Counted from the stretch's first letter, positions 1 to 10,458 are shown. The stretch: 32,000 nucleotides of DNA from Aggregatilineales bacterium (GCA_040219275.1 JAVJSU010000072.1:56099-88098), one strand, 5' to 3'. Made by a program: numbers and translations. The notes: generated by a model from the letters alone, not told the origin.

Positions 1-527
1 TCGACCACCAGGCGCAAGGCAACACTCTGCACCCGTCCGGCAGACAAACGAGCATCCAGTGCCTTACACGCTAAGGGAGATACCAGATAACCCACCAGCC
101 GATCCACAATACGCCGTGCGCTCTGTGCTTCAACCAGTGCGACATCCAACACGCGCGGTTCGGCTAAAGCCGCTTTGACAGCTTCTTCTGTGATAGCATT
201 AAATGCCGCACGGTATATCGGCTTGCCGTTGAGCTTGCCAGCCAACTGTAAGAGATGCCATGCGATAGCTTCCCCTTCTCGATCTGGATCGGTTGCCAGA
301 TAGACTTCATCTGCCTCCCGCATGGCTTTCACCAACTTTTTGACCAGATTGCCTTTGCCCGGCAAGACCTGATATTGCGGACGGAAATCTGCCCCAACAT
401 CCACGCCCAGTTCGGTTTCGGGTAAATCACGAACATGACCGCGACAGGCTTCGACCTGCCAGCTCTCACCAAGAAATTTGCTAATAGAACGGGCTTTTTT
501 GGGCGATTCCACGATGAGCAGCTTCAT
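1..527 (-). CDS. topA: DNA topoisomerase I, N-terminal part (truncated by window edge)
   Basis: Reading the reverse strand from the ATG at 527 gives MKLLIVESPKKARSISKFLGESWQVEACRGHVRDLPETELGVDVGADFRPQYQVLPGKGN...EADEVYLATDPDREGEAIAWHLLQLAGKLNGKPIYRAVFNAITEEAVKAAL..., with the classic Toprim VESPxKA and DPDREGEAIAWH motifs. It is open to the window edge and missing from the supplied ORF track. Confidence 0.96.
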   Translation of the reverse strand, partial: MKLLIVESPKKARSISKFLGESWQVEACRGHVRDLPETELGVDVGADFRPQYQVLPGKGNLVKKLVKAMREADEVYLATDPDREGEAIAWHLLQLAGKLNGKPIYRAAFNAITEEAVKAALAEPRVLDVALVEAQSARRIVDRLVGYLVSPLACKALDARLSAGRVQSVALRLVV

Positions 528-551
528 ATGTTTTGTTCCTCCAGCCATTGG

Positions 552-740
552 CTAATTGCCTTTTGATTGTTGAGTTGTTTTGTCAGTACCCGTAGCAGAT
601 GGCGCACCTGACGACGATCCTGTGCTTTGTTGCGCCAGTTCGCGCTCACGCAAGACCAGCCATAAGGGCCACTCTCGAAAAGCATGAAATGCCTGCTCCT
701 CGATTTGTTGCCAGGGATGTACGGTATCTTTCTTTGCCAT
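552..740 (-). CDS. small hypothetical protein between VirB4-like gene and topA
   Basis: 62-aa ORF starting 17 nt after the VirB4-like stop, co-directional, with plausible composition. The competing minus-strand ORF 524..745 is an overlapping frame. Confidence 0.45.
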   Translation of the reverse strand: MAKKDTVHPWQQIEEQAFHAFREWPLWLVLRERELAQQSTGSSSGAPSATGTDKTTQQSKGN

Positions 741-757
741 GTCATCTCACTCTCAAT

Positions 758-2872
758 TCATGTTGTGGCGAAGCGTGCCAGCTCGTTTGCCGTTGTTGTG
801 GATCGGCAATACCAGAGTCCTTCGTCTTGTATGTCCAGTACAAAGTGGAAACGCGGTAATGCCGCGATGATGTCCCGATGTTGCTGATTGAGGTGCTGAA
901 ATGCCGCATCCTCATGAAAGACATTCATGCCCTGTCGCTGACTGAAAACCACCCGAATCGGACTGTTTTCAAAGATCATTCGCGCCTTTGGCTCAAGGAA
1001 AACACTCATATTTTGATCGATACTAATCAGCTTTTTTCTGCGTGTGCGGAAGGTCTTCGCCGCTTCAATCAGGAAATCCAACAGGGACGGATGGCGCATC
1101 AGTCGATAAACCTCATCCACCGCGATAATGCGTGGCTGTTCATCAATCAGGCTGTCACGACGGATGGCACTCAAGACCTGTGTGTAAGCCAGCGCCTGTA
1201 GAATCGGATCGCTTTCTAACTCGTGGAAACTAAACACACGCGGACGAATCCAATCGCGTCCACCACGGGTCAAATCCACATTGGTGATCCCATTCAGGAA
1301 ACTCGCCCATGGACCCGAACCGGTACACAAACCCGCGATTTCATCTGCAAGATCACGCGCAATATGCCGTGTGGCATCTTTATCGCCTAAGCCAGAAAGC
1401 ACATCACAGACCACATCACAGGTCGGGGTAATCTCCGGTGTCACCTGATCCAGTTCAGGAAAGCCACGATAGAGCTTTTCGAGCGCCTCACCCAGCAAAC
1501 CACGCTCCAGATTCTGACGCTGACCACCTGACAGAGGACGACCCAGCACCGTTTCATAAATGCGGGTGCTATGACTGACCTGTTCAATCAGCGTTGGGAA
1601 CATCACATCCTGCGGATTGAGACGGGTTGCTTTGGCACTCATCACATACCACGGCAAACCAAAAGCATCGGCGATGTGTTTGCCATGCCCCATCGGTTCG
1701 AGTAGATCGAATGGAATGCCATTCTCAGCGAATTCACGGGTCAGATAGCAGTTGTTGGCGAAAGTCTTTCCGAAACCCGATGTACCCACCCAGATTTCAT
1801 GAGTCGCCCGTTTATCACGCCATGAATCATGGAAAACAGGATAAGACGCACCCACTGCTTCTCCACGCAACACACCCTCCGTAGCGGACAATTTGCGATA
1901 GCCTAAGGGTGAGAGCATCAATGCCAATTCACGCGACACCACCGGCCAGGTCGTATCCGGCAAGGCAATTTGTTTGCTACTTTTGGCAGCGAAAAAACCT
2001 AGACTACGTGCCAGCAACTCCCCTACTTCATGGCGTAAGCTGAACCAGGCTTTGGTCTCATGCACCACTGCCTGCACCCGCTCGCGCAGGGTTTCCAGAT
2101 CATCTGCCGCAATCGCAATGCTCAATTGCACCAGATGTAGTGCATCACCGGCATTGATTTCTTGAAGTGCTTTGCGACAGTCCGTAATGCGCTGCACACT
2201 ACGACTGTCCTCACCACTTGCACCCGACAGATGTACCTCGTAGGCTTGAATGATGCCTTCCAGCGCATCAATCGCACTGTTACGTTCATAGGTCTTCGGG
2301 ATATCCACCGACAAAGCCAGTGGGAAATTCAAGCGCAACAGCGGCGGCAATGGACGAAAGAAATTCCATGTAGATGGTGCGAACTCATAACTGTTGAGTA
2401 ATGCCCATAACGGACGACCACCAGGACGACCCACCGGAGCCAGATGCCAGAATGGTGTGTCCCGAATCTCATATTGACCCTCAAATAAAGCAGGCCACGC
2501 GCCTTCGATCACAGACGTATCAAATGACGACCCCATGCCGCCTGCCAGCGCCCGTGGATTTTGATCACTCCAGACCGCCATCCCACATAAGGCACGCTGA
2601 TATTCCGCGCTATCATCCAACTGCTCGTAGTAACGTCGATATTCCATCAGCAGTTGTGCGCGTTGCGGATCATCCGTCTCTTTTGCTGTCCGGCTGAGTT
2701 TGTTGATCTTCTCATCGAGCGTGGCAGGCATCTGCCAGCAGATAAAACGGGCAGGACTGTTCAATGTGCGTAACCAGGTGGCAAAACGTGCCTGCAACGA
2801 TGCAACCCCTTCTTCGGTGGCATGGAGCATGATGTCAAAGGGTTCAATCAGAAAGGTGTGTACCTTAGTCAT
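758..2872 (-). CDS. virB4: VirB4/TraE-like conjugation ATPase
   Basis: The ORF track gives 758..3001. The likely real start is the internal Met MTKVHTFLIEP... at 2872, overlapping the PrgI-like stop slightly. Walker A VGTSGFGKTF and Walker B-like RIIAVDEVYRLM are present; length and position next to a PrgI-like gene are typical. Confidence 0.88.
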   Translation of the reverse strand: MTKVHTFLIEPFDIMLHATEEGVASLQARFATWLRTLNSPARFICWQMPATLDEKINKLSRTAKETDDPQRAQLLMEYRRYYEQLDDSAEYQRALCGMAVWSDQNPRALAGGMGSSFDTSVIEGAWPALFEGQYEIRDTPFWHLAPVGRPGGRPLWALLNSYEFAPSTWNFFRPLPPLLRLNFPLALSVDIPKTYERNSAIDALEGIIQAYEVHLSGASGEDSRSVQRITDCRKALQEINAGDALHLVQLSIAIAADDLETLRERVQAVVHETKAWFSLRHEVGELLARSLGFFAAKSSKQIALPDTTWPVVSRELALMLSPLGYRKLSATEGVLRGEAVGASYPVFHDSWRDKRATHEIWVGTSGFGKTFANNCYLTREFAENGIPFDLLEPMGHGKHIADAFGLPWYVMSAKATRLNPQDVMFPTLIEQVSHSTRIYETVLGRPLSGGQRQNLERGLLGEALEKLYRGFPELDQVTPEITPTCDVVCDVLSGLGDKDATRHIARDLADEIAGLCTGSGPWASFLNGITNVDLTRGGRDWIRPRVFSFHELESDPILQALAYTQVLSAIRRDSLIDEQPRIIAVDEVYRLMRHPSLLDFLIEAAKTFRTRRKKLISIDQNMSVFLEPKARMIFENSPIRVVFSQRQGMNVFHEDAAFQHLNQQHRDIIAALPRFHFVLDIQDEGLWYCRSTTTANELARFATT

Positions 2873-3332
2873 ATAAGCCCTCCTTGAGGGGTGCATCGAC
2901 AAACACCAGACCATCTTCCTCACCCGCATAAGCGAAGGTAATCCACTCCCGCAAATCAATGTCAATGTTGCCGGTGGGTGGCACAAATACCCGCGCCCCA
3001 TCCAGACGTACCAGTTCGGTAGGCAAATCCAGTATTTCGGTTAATTGACCCAGAGGACTGCGTGGAAAACGCACAGCGACCAAGAGCAAGGTGCCGCGCA
3101 AGCGATAGACCAGACGATTCCACAGCGGAATACCACCACGCAGTCCGGTTAGAATCACAATCGCCAGCGCAGTGATTACTGCTACCGGAATCGCCCAACC
3201 GGTGAGTACCAGATTGAAGATCGTATACGTTAGACCACCGCCAACACCTGCCAGCAACAGCCGCTTGAATGGAATACCAAACAAGCCTTTTTCGTCACGT
3301 AACAGCACATGAGATTTGAAGTCTGCCGCCAA
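2865..3332 (-). CDS. PrgI-family conjugation membrane protein (VirB3-like)
   Basis: N-terminal FGIPFKRLLLAGVGGGLTYTIFNLVLTGWAIPVAVITALAIVIL with two TM segments, immediately upstream of a VirB4-like ATPase. Confidence 0.72.
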   Translation of the reverse strand: MAADFKSHVLLRDEKGLFGIPFKRLLLAGVGGGLTYTIFNLVLTGWAIPVAVITALAIVILTGLRGGIPLWNRLVYRLRGTLLLVAVRFPRSPLGQLTEILDLPTELVRLDGARVFVPPTGNIDIDLREWITFAYAGEEDGLVFVDAPLKEGLYD

Positions 3333-3448
3333 ATTTCATGTCTCCTTTTTGATCTAAGTCATAAGGTGAGGGCATCACAGGTGTGATGTTGCCCTACTGC
3401 GACGCGCCTCACCCATCGAACGAAACGGTTCTATCCTGAGATAGAGGA

Positions 3449-3688
3449 CTAAGGGAAAGTGATGAGCGTGGTGACGCTGGAGGCGAAGATGACGAAGAGC
3501 AAACCCACAACCACCTGATTGGCAGCTTTAGGATTATCCTTCTTCCAGTCCCCCACGATGGGCCATGAAGAACCCATATACATCACCCCTAGACCGATGA
3601 AGCCTATAACGGCGATCAACGGTGCGATGGTCTGTGCAGCGACCTGCACATCCCCAAAAAACTGTTCTATTGCGGTTGACAAATCCAA
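3449..3688 (-). CDS. VirB2/TrbC-like pilin subunit
   Basis: 79-aa protein with two hydrophobic segments and internal GDWKKDNPKAANQVVVGLLFVIFASSV, at the head of the T4SS-like segment. Confidence 0.68.
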   Translation of the reverse strand: MDLSTAIEQFFGDVQVAAQTIAPLIAVIGFIGLGVMYMGSSWPIVGDWKKDNPKAANQVVVGLLFVIFASSVTTLITFP

Positions 3689-3956
3689 CGAAATTCCTCC
3701 TCGATATCGAGTGTTTCAGGAGATGAACGATTTATCAGGTTTCAAATAGCAGACAGGTCCTCTCGTCGTGCGCCATGACGCTGTATTTTCAGAGTGTGGG
3801 GTCATCCGGCACTTCGCAGAGAACCTCATCGCTACTGTCTTTCCTGACACTTTCAGCGTATCAAAATGACGTGGCTCAACCGTGCGAGGATTTCAGTTTT
3901 CGGCTGTAAAATTTCATTCGGGCAATGAAAAATTTCGGAGATCAACATCCAATTAA

Positions 3957-3993
3957 AAAGCCCCCTGCTTCATTCCAGAAACAAGGGGGCTTT
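3957..3993 (-). terminator. Rho-independent terminator downstream of the 4016..5728 gene
   Basis: Perfect 10-bp arms AAAGCCCCCT (3957-3966) / AGGGGGCTTT (3984-3993). On the minus strand this is followed by a T-rich tail (CTTTTTAATT), 22 nt after the stop of the 570-aa ORF. Confidence 0.88.
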
Positions 3994-4015
3994 ATATTGC
4001 AACACGGGATGTCGT

Positions 4016-5728
4016 CTAACGTGTCAATTGAATCGCAAAGCGATAACTTCCCACCTGAAGTGCTCCAAATGGCTCACCGCCCCAGTACCACACTAATGTC
4101 AAATCAACCGCTTGTTCGGGCTGTAAGGTAAAGGGCTGTAAACCTTCTGCGGGATTGCGCGGTCCGGGTGGATCAGGTGCATAGCCGAGAGCTAACCAGA
4201 TGTCATCTTGCGTTAAAGTAATGGGTGTCACCTGACCGTTATAAATCCGCAGTTGCGTGGTGATCTGACCCTCCAAACTGCTGACACTGACCAGACGCAC
4301 ATCCACGCCACCATAATCCAGATCCACTTCTGGCATTTCTAGTGCGAAGCGAAAAGAGACTGTCCCACCGCGACCATCCGAGATCAGCAAACGCCCACCC
4401 GTAAAGCCAACAGGCACGAGATAGTCCATCGAAACAGGTATCTGTGCCAGTGCCGGAATGTCGATGGGCAAGCCGCCATATGAAACATCCTCTTGTCTGT
4501 TGATAGCCGGTAAGTAGACCTGTCCGCCATCATCCAGCAACTCCAGCCGCCACGACCCGGTATCGACTGCCCTTTCACCCGCAATAACATCAAAGTCAAA
4601 TGTCAGAGATTGCTGACCAGAATTCCCCTCATCACGGGCGGATACCTGTCGCAACAGTACGCTCCCCGCATCACCCAATGTCAAACTCGAACCGACCTCA
4701 CCATCCTGCACAAGTCCGCTCAAACCAAGCACTTCACCGCTCCGTGAGAGTTCCTGTTCCGGCGGATAACTGGCGGTCACCAAGGTGCGCGTGCCTGTCG
4801 GCAAACCATCGCCATCGGTTTCACCAATCAAAAGCAGAACGAGTCCGGGTCCTACCTGACGGAAAATGCGCGTATCACTCCGCAGTACCTCGCTTTTTGC
4901 CGCAAATTCATAGCGCAAAATTGCGCCGGTATTCATGGTCAGATTGAAAACAGCACCCTCGCGCATTGCACTGAATAACTCAGCATTATCCTCCGACCAT
5001 GGAATGCCAATCACCGGACGTACCGACATGCCATTCACGAACGAGGCAATATCGGGATTCGGGTCAAAGTTCCACTGCGCCGCCCGGACTTCGCGTCGTT
5101 GTACCACCCAGACACGTGGCGCACCCCCATCGGCTAAAACCACCTGTAAATTGACGGGATAAGCTACTGCCCGATCTGCGTCACCATCGGTGATCACATC
5201 ATCCTGAGCTTCAAGCGCAAGGGGTGTGGGTGTTGGACTGACTTCAGGCGTGGGTGTTATGGAAGCCTCAACTGTCCCTTCTATCTCCATCTCCCCAGAT
5301 CCCCCACCACCGCTGAGGCGCAACAACATGAAAGCGACAAAAACAACGAGCAGCGCCCCTATTGCCAGCTTCATTTTAGGCGATGTTTGACCGCTACCCG
5401 CTTCCAGCCGATGATCCCCTAAATCAGGCATCTCATTGTCACGAGCGGCATCCTGCACCCGTTGGGGTGTGCGTGCCCAACGAGAACCCACCGGGACTAA
5501 GGCAGAATCCCTATATCGCTCCAACAACTCCGCCGCCACCCGTCGTTCCAGATCATCCGAACCAATCGCTCCAGCATTACGCACTTCCCGATCATAAGCC
5601 GACCGATAGGCACGCTGACGCTCAGTGGGCACCAACTCCCACAATGCTTGTAATTCTGCCAGAGAAAGTGCCTTTAGTTCGTCTATACGCTTATACTGCA
5701 ATTTCTCAATCACCCTGACCGCCTCCAA
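4016..5728 (-). CDS. hypothetical membrane-anchored extracytoplasmic protein of the T4SS-like operon
   Basis: Charged N-terminal domain, a single TM (LAIGALLVVFVAFMLLRL), a Pro/Thr linker and a beta-rich C-terminal region; co-directional and overlapping the VirB6-like gene start. Confidence 0.75.
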   Translation of the reverse strand: MEAVRVIEKLQYKRIDELKALSLAELQALWELVPTERQRAYRSAYDREVRNAGAIGSDDLERRVAAELLERYRDSALVPVGSRWARTPQRVQDAARDNEMPDLGDHRLEAGSGQTSPKMKLAIGALLVVFVAFMLLRLSGGGGSGEMEIEGTVEASITPTPEVSPTPTPLALEAQDDVITDGDADRAVAYPVNLQVVLADGGAPRVWVVQRREVRAAQWNFDPNPDIASFVNGMSVRPVIGIPWSEDNAELFSAMREGAVFNLTMNTGAILRYEFAAKSEVLRSDTRIFRQVGPGLVLLLIGETDGDGLPTGTRTLVTASYPPEQELSRSGEVLGLSGLVQDGEVGSSLTLGDAGSVLLRQVSARDEGNSGQQSLTFDFDVIAGERAVDTGSWRLELLDDGGQVYLPAINRQEDVSYGGLPIDIPALAQIPVSMDYLVPVGFTGGRLLISDGRGGTVSFRFALEMPEVDLDYGGVDVRLVSVSSLEGQITTQLRIYNGQVTPITLTQDDIWLALGYAPDPPGPRNPAEGLQPFTLQPEQAVDLTLVWYWGGEPFGALQVGSYRFAIQLTR

Positions 5729-8351
5729 TCACATTGCCGCTACCACCCAGTGAGGATTGTTTTTTCATCGCCGTCTCGTATTCATCATTCTTCGTCGCGG
5801 CTGACTGCACATTGACCTGTATGTTGGGATCAACCGTGATTGTCGGCTCTACCTTCACCTGTGCTGACGATTGTTCGGAGGGTACGCGCATAGCACCATA
5901 AGCAGTGATCTCCGGTGGCAACATTCTGGCACTGTGTTCTAATCCATCGACCTGATCGCGTGCCTTGAGCCATGAAACATTCTGGCTGGTCTGCACCTGC
6001 TTATCCAGTAGTTCACGGGTTTGAGGCTGCATCTTACCTTCCGGTGAAGATTGGACTTCGCGCACCACCTGTTCGGTTTGCTGCGGGCTTAATCCCATAC
6101 GGAGTGCCTGATCAACAAACAAGCCAAAACGCGCCAGATCACGCTGAATGGCTGAACCTGTGCCATCCTGCGGCTGGATGCCCATCACCTGCGCCAAACG
6201 TTCGCCGACCTGCAAGTGATTGATTCCATCGCTCGTCGCTTGACCTGTTTGCTGACGTTCGGCTTGCTCCTGTCCCACCACATCTGCCATGACACCCGCT
6301 ACATCCGCTGTACCTGAAACCCGCAACTGCCCGACCATCATTTGCATCTGTGCCGCCCGTGCCAATAAATCCGCACTGGCTTCCAGACGGGCAGCCACCT
6401 GTCCTAAATGGCTACTCTCACTGTCCTTGTTACTATCCTCATCAAGCAGCGCCGCCATCGGGGAGCTAATGCCCGTATTGGAACGCATCACATCCGAGAG
6501 ATGTTGTTCCATCTCCTCGCCCTGCATCTCCGCCGCATGGTCACTGCGTTGCTGACGACGTTCTTCTTGCAGATTATCTTCGCTATCCGTCGTTGGCATG
6601 GGTGACACTGAAGTCACCGGTGTAAACGTACCCATCCTACGACGTGAGGATGGGCTTATCGGCAACATCTCCCCGTTTTCATCCTCAATGAATTCGGGAT
6701 CAAGACCAGCGCGATTACGACGAGTTGCACCACGGGGAACCGTCCATTGATCCAGACCCTCACCTACTGCCGGAACCAGCATCGGACGACCGACGACCCG
6801 ACCCTGTTCATCGTATTCAGCGTTATCGGGATGGCGATCTGTGAGCAACTTCGCACCCACGATTGGACCCGTCACACGCCCGATCAAGGGCACATTCCCG
6901 ACCACCTGACGGGTGATACTGCCTTCGGTAAATTGTTCTGCCGCTTCACCCAGTGAGGTATTGCGAACGCCGGGCAGATAGGCCAGCGTCCGGGCCGCAC
7001 CACTTAAAGTGCGTGAACCCCCAAAACCGACACCTGCCGCCTGTGAAAGCGTTGCACCACTGCGAAGAGCCGTCATACCTGCCATCGCACCGGAACCCAT
7101 ACTGACTGTCGCGGCAGTTGCCATCGCACCTGCTCCTGCTGTGGCAATAGCTGCTGTTCCTGGACTGAGCATAACGCCACCGCTTGCTTGACCCATCGCA
7201 TTGAACAAACGGTTTAGGCTGTTCCAGACGGCTTTGACCCCTGACCACAGCACAATCAACATGAAAATCAGGCAGATTAAGCCGATGCCCAGCACAACCA
7301 TGCCATTACCAGCGGCTGTGCCTGCCAGAAAGAAAGCCACCACCAGTGACTGCACCATGGCAATCACCACTGTTTGCACAATCAGTTCAATCCACTGGTC
7401 AATGATGGATTTGGCAATCACTTCCGTTTTCTTGAAGAAAGCAAAGAGAATCGCCATGCTGAACGACAGAAAGGTGATACCCATTGCAATTGTAATCAGC
7501 AGATAGACCAGCTGCTCCACCACGCCAAAGATCACCAGCGGCCAGGCGGTCAGCATCCGCGCATGGGATGCCGTTCCCATCGAGATAGCCGCCGCCCGTT
7601 CCCCATCATCCATATCATCAAAATAATAAGGTGAGACGGTCACATCAAAGTAGGACTCATCAAAGAACCATTCCTGTGGCACACCGCTGATATAGTTGCC
7701 TGTGAAGGGATGTAAGAGATGTGCGGGGCATCCTGGCGAGTACAGAGGATATGGAAAGCCCATCACATCGGGACCATCTGCCCGCAGATAAGCCAATGCA
7801 ACATCTAAGCCATCAATCGCGCCAGCACCCGTCGCTCCTGGTAGATACACACCCAGATAATCACAGAGCGGACCCAGTGCCAGATCAGTAGATTGCACCT
7901 GATCCAGTGAACCAAAGGTTGCTCCCATATTGTCCTGCAATCCCTGAAGCGTAGACACATAAAAGCCCTGTGCTATCGAAGTCCGGAAGTCATTCATGCC
8001 CGTGTAGAGTGCAGGTCCCAGCGCAAAAAACAGCGCACCTGCTACATACCAGGTAATGGCACTACGGAAATTAACCACTTCCAGTCGAACCAGCGCCGCC
8101 AGCATGTAGGTCAGCCCCAGAATCAACAAAGCGATGATGAAGGCAAAGCTTACCGCCACATTCAGACTGGCATTGGTTTGCTGAATGAGGGGTGCAAAAG
8201 CCTGTTCAATCAGCCACTGATTGATCGTCTCAATGGTATGCCCCATCAAGATCAGACCGCGCATTAAGCTCCAGTGCAGTTCTGCCAGACTTAAAATGAT
8301 GTTGTAGTAAAAGGTGTCGATGGCGCGTTTCAAATCACCAATGACATTCAT
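5706..8351 (-). CDS. VirB6/TrbL-like polytopic membrane protein
   Basis: 881 aa with multiple hydrophobic helices in the N-terminal half (AVSFAFIIALLILGLTYMLAALV, GIGLICLIFMLIVLWSGVKAVWNSL) and a long Gln/Ser-rich soluble tail; located in the T4SS-like operon. Confidence 0.75.
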   Translation of the reverse strand: MNVIGDLKRAIDTFYYNIILSLAELHWSLMRGLILMGHTIETINQWLIEQAFAPLIQQTNASLNVAVSFAFIIALLILGLTYMLAALVRLEVVNFRSAITWYVAGALFFALGPALYTGMNDFRTSIAQGFYVSTLQGLQDNMGATFGSLDQVQSTDLALGPLCDYLGVYLPGATGAGAIDGLDVALAYLRADGPDVMGFPYPLYSPGCPAHLLHPFTGNYISGVPQEWFFDESYFDVTVSPYYFDDMDDGERAAAISMGTASHARMLTAWPLVIFGVVEQLVYLLITIAMGITFLSFSMAILFAFFKKTEVIAKSIIDQWIELIVQTVVIAMVQSLVVAFFLAGTAAGNGMVVLGIGLICLIFMLIVLWSGVKAVWNSLNRLFNAMGQASGGVMLSPGTAAIATAGAGAMATAATVSMGSGAMAGMTALRSGATLSQAAGVGFGGSRTLSGAARTLAYLPGVRNTSLGEAAEQFTEGSITRQVVGNVPLIGRVTGPIVGAKLLTDRHPDNAEYDEQGRVVGRPMLVPAVGEGLDQWTVPRGATRRNRAGLDPEFIEDENGEMLPISPSSRRRMGTFTPVTSVSPMPTTDSEDNLQEERRQQRSDHAAEMQGEEMEQHLSDVMRSNTGISSPMAALLDEDSNKDSESSHLGQVAARLEASADLLARAAQMQMMVGQLRVSGTADVAGVMADVVGQEQAERQQTGQATSDGINHLQVGERLAQVMGIQPQDGTGSAIQRDLARFGLFVDQALRMGLSPQQTEQVVREVQSSPEGKMQPQTRELLDKQVQTSQNVSWLKARDQVDGLEHSARMLPPEITAYGAMRVPSEQSSAQVKVEPTITVDPNIQVNVQSAATKNDEYETAMKKQSSLGGSGNVIGGGQGD

Positions 8352-8366
8352 ATTTGCACCTCCACT

Positions 8367-9080
8367 TTAAGGCTCGCTGATGTCGCCTACACAATACGGG
8401 TTGGTCTGGTTCGTCCAGTTCATCACGGCACTGCCCTCACTGACAGTCGGATCCAGCTGAAATGTGAAGCGTGCCGCCTGCCCTGCCGGACTAAAAGCAG
8501 CAAAACGAAAAACGCGCAACTCACCTGAATTCAGCGTGTAGGCATCCTCATCCAATGTCACGCCAGCTTCATCTGCCGCCTCACGGGTAGCGGGCCATAC
8601 CCCATTTACACTGACATAAGCCGTGTTGATTTCACTCAAAAACATCTGGGCAGTCGGAAAAATCTCGTAGTCGGCTGTACCGATATTCTTGACCTCCAAT
8701 TGCCAGGTGGTGATGTTACGGGCATCGCCATTGGTATCCGGCGACGCTGGATAGCTCATGATATTTTGTAAGCGGAAACGCACCCCATTCTCACTGCTGG
8801 ATGACCCGACAAAGATTGCATCACCGACATAAAAATCGGCGGGTGGCAGGATGATATAGGGTGTGGGTGGTGGCGCGAGTGTCGGCATCGCTGTTCCAGC
8901 CAACACCGTTGCTGTGGCTTGTGGGATGGGCGTGGGACAGGTATAGGCGGGCGAGCCCATTAAAGCCGTTCCCGCACAGGCTAAGATGGCAAAAATCATG
9001 AAGATGGGGATCACCAGCACATAAATTGAGCGCAATAACATCGTGCGCTGTACTTCTTTCAGGGATGGGTTGTTCTTCAT
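8367..9080 (-). CDS. hypothetical membrane-anchored extracytoplasmic protein
   Basis: N-terminal TM (IYVLVIPIFMIFAILACAGTAL), a Pro/Thr linker and a compact beta-type domain (VGDAIFVGSSSSENGVRFRLQNI...TWQLEVKNIGTADYEIFPTAQMFLS). Confidence 0.65.
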   Translation of the reverse strand: MKNNPSLKEVQRTMLLRSIYVLVIPIFMIFAILACAGTALMGSPAYTCPTPIPQATATVLAGTAMPTLAPPPTPYIILPPADFYVGDAIFVGSSSSENGVRFRLQNIMSYPASPDTNGDARNITTWQLEVKNIGTADYEIFPTAQMFLSEINTAYVSVNGVWPATREAADEAGVTLDEDAYTLNSGELRVFRFAAFSPAGQAARFTFQLDPTVSEGSAVMNWTNQTNPYCVGDISEP

Positions 9081-9094
9081 CTGACCTCACTCAT

Positions 9095-10372
9095 CTAAGG
9101 GATTAAGCCGGGCTGATTGCCGGGTTGCAATAAAAGCGTGAAACTGGCTTGTCCGCCACCGCTACGGCTGCGCGGAATATCCCAGACTGTACCAAAATAA
9201 GGGACAACAATTCGTGCCTCAGCCGAGGTCACTACCTGTAACTGGGCATAACCCTGTCCATCCGTAAATGCTTGAGCAATCACCCGATTGGTGCCGACTT
9301 CAACCGCACGGACTGAAATACCGCTCACGCCCTCGGCTGGATCGACATCCCGATTGCCGTTTTCATCGTAGGCAATCACCACTGAAACCGTCAGCAATCC
9401 GGGAGCAATGGGCGTTGACGTGGGCTGAATCGTTGGAGGTGCGGCGACCAATTCAATGCCAGCCGCAGGTTGTGGCACGGGCGAGGGTGTCGCACTGATG
9501 GCAGGTGGCGGAATAATCAGGGTATTGGCAGTGCCACGAAAAACCTGAATAGCATCCAATCCGATCACATAGCCTTCACTGGCAGGATTCTTATTTTGTG
9601 AACTACGGATAGTAAGCGTATGCGCTCCTGTCCCAACGAAATACACCTGTGTGCCGGGATAACTGAGTTCAGTCGCATAGGCATCCACTGTATCTACTAG
9701 CACACCATCCACGATGATGTCGAACATGCCCATATTGCGTGCCGCAACATAGCGAATTCGCAAGCCCTCCCCTTCAAAATGAAAGGCGACGGTGCTACTG
9801 GTATTCTCTGACCGATGATATTGCCCCTGACTGGCTTGAACGACCTGACGGGCTTGCCAGGGGCTGCTGTATTGCACCAGTGGATGATCGGATTCAAAAC
9901 TGTACCAACCTTCATAAGGTGGTGCTTCATGAGTCGCATTTGGCATCGGTTCAACCGGTTGTGGCGGTGCAGGCAGCAAAATCGTTCCCATCGGGAAGTT
10001 GGTTGGCATAGGCGGCACATAAACGCCAGGCATCACCGCTTGCATCTCCAGCAAACGCATCGCTAAAGTCGGTGTGAGCGTCGGCGTGAACGTCGCTGTT
10101 GCGCTGGCTGTTGCTGTAGGACTTGGCGTATCACTTGGCGTGCTGGTTTGCGTTGGCATCACCGTGTGAGTTGGCACATCCGTTGCAGTCAGTGTTGGCA
10201 ACACAAACAGCGTTGGCAAAACGGCAACTGTCGTCTGATGCTTACTCAACAATGCAAAAGCCAGTGCCCAGGTCATCAAACACAAGGCCAACAAGCCCAA
10301 CAAAATCAGGATCATTCTTTTTTGCATACGCCTCCAACTCCTGACAAACAAATACACTCTCCATCTTCGCAA
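9095..10372 (-). CDS. cell-surface protein with TPT-rich linker and C-terminal SdrD-B-like domain
   Basis: N-terminal TM, a long Thr/Pro/Ser linker (PTQTSTPSDTPSPTATASATATFTPTLTPT), a jelly-roll-like middle (VAARNMGMFDIIVDGVLVDTV) and SdrD-B-like VVIAYDENGNRDVDPAEGVSGISVRAVEVGT...AFTDGQGYAQL. Confidence 0.75.
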   Translation of the reverse strand: MRRWRVYLFVRSWRRMQKRMILILLGLLALCLMTWALAFALLSKHQTTVAVLPTLFVLPTLTATDVPTHTVMPTQTSTPSDTPSPTATASATATFTPTLTPTLAMRLLEMQAVMPGVYVPPMPTNFPMGTILLPAPPQPVEPMPNATHEAPPYEGWYSFESDHPLVQYSSPWQARQVVQASQGQYHRSENTSSTVAFHFEGEGLRIRYVAARNMGMFDIIVDGVLVDTVDAYATELSYPGTQVYFVGTGAHTLTIRSSQNKNPASEGYVIGLDAIQVFRGTANTLIIPPPAISATPSPVPQPAAGIELVAAPPTIQPTSTPIAPGLLTVSVVIAYDENGNRDVDPAEGVSGISVRAVEVGTNRVIAQAFTDGQGYAQLQVVTSAEARIVVPYFGTVWDIPRSRSGGGQASFTLLLQPGNQPGLIP

Positions 10373-10458
10373 ATGAGAGCGCTGACAGGCTGTAAAATTT
10401 CAGTTTTGGACTGTAAAAATCGGATTTCGGTGGGGAAAAATACAGCTCCCCACCGGAC

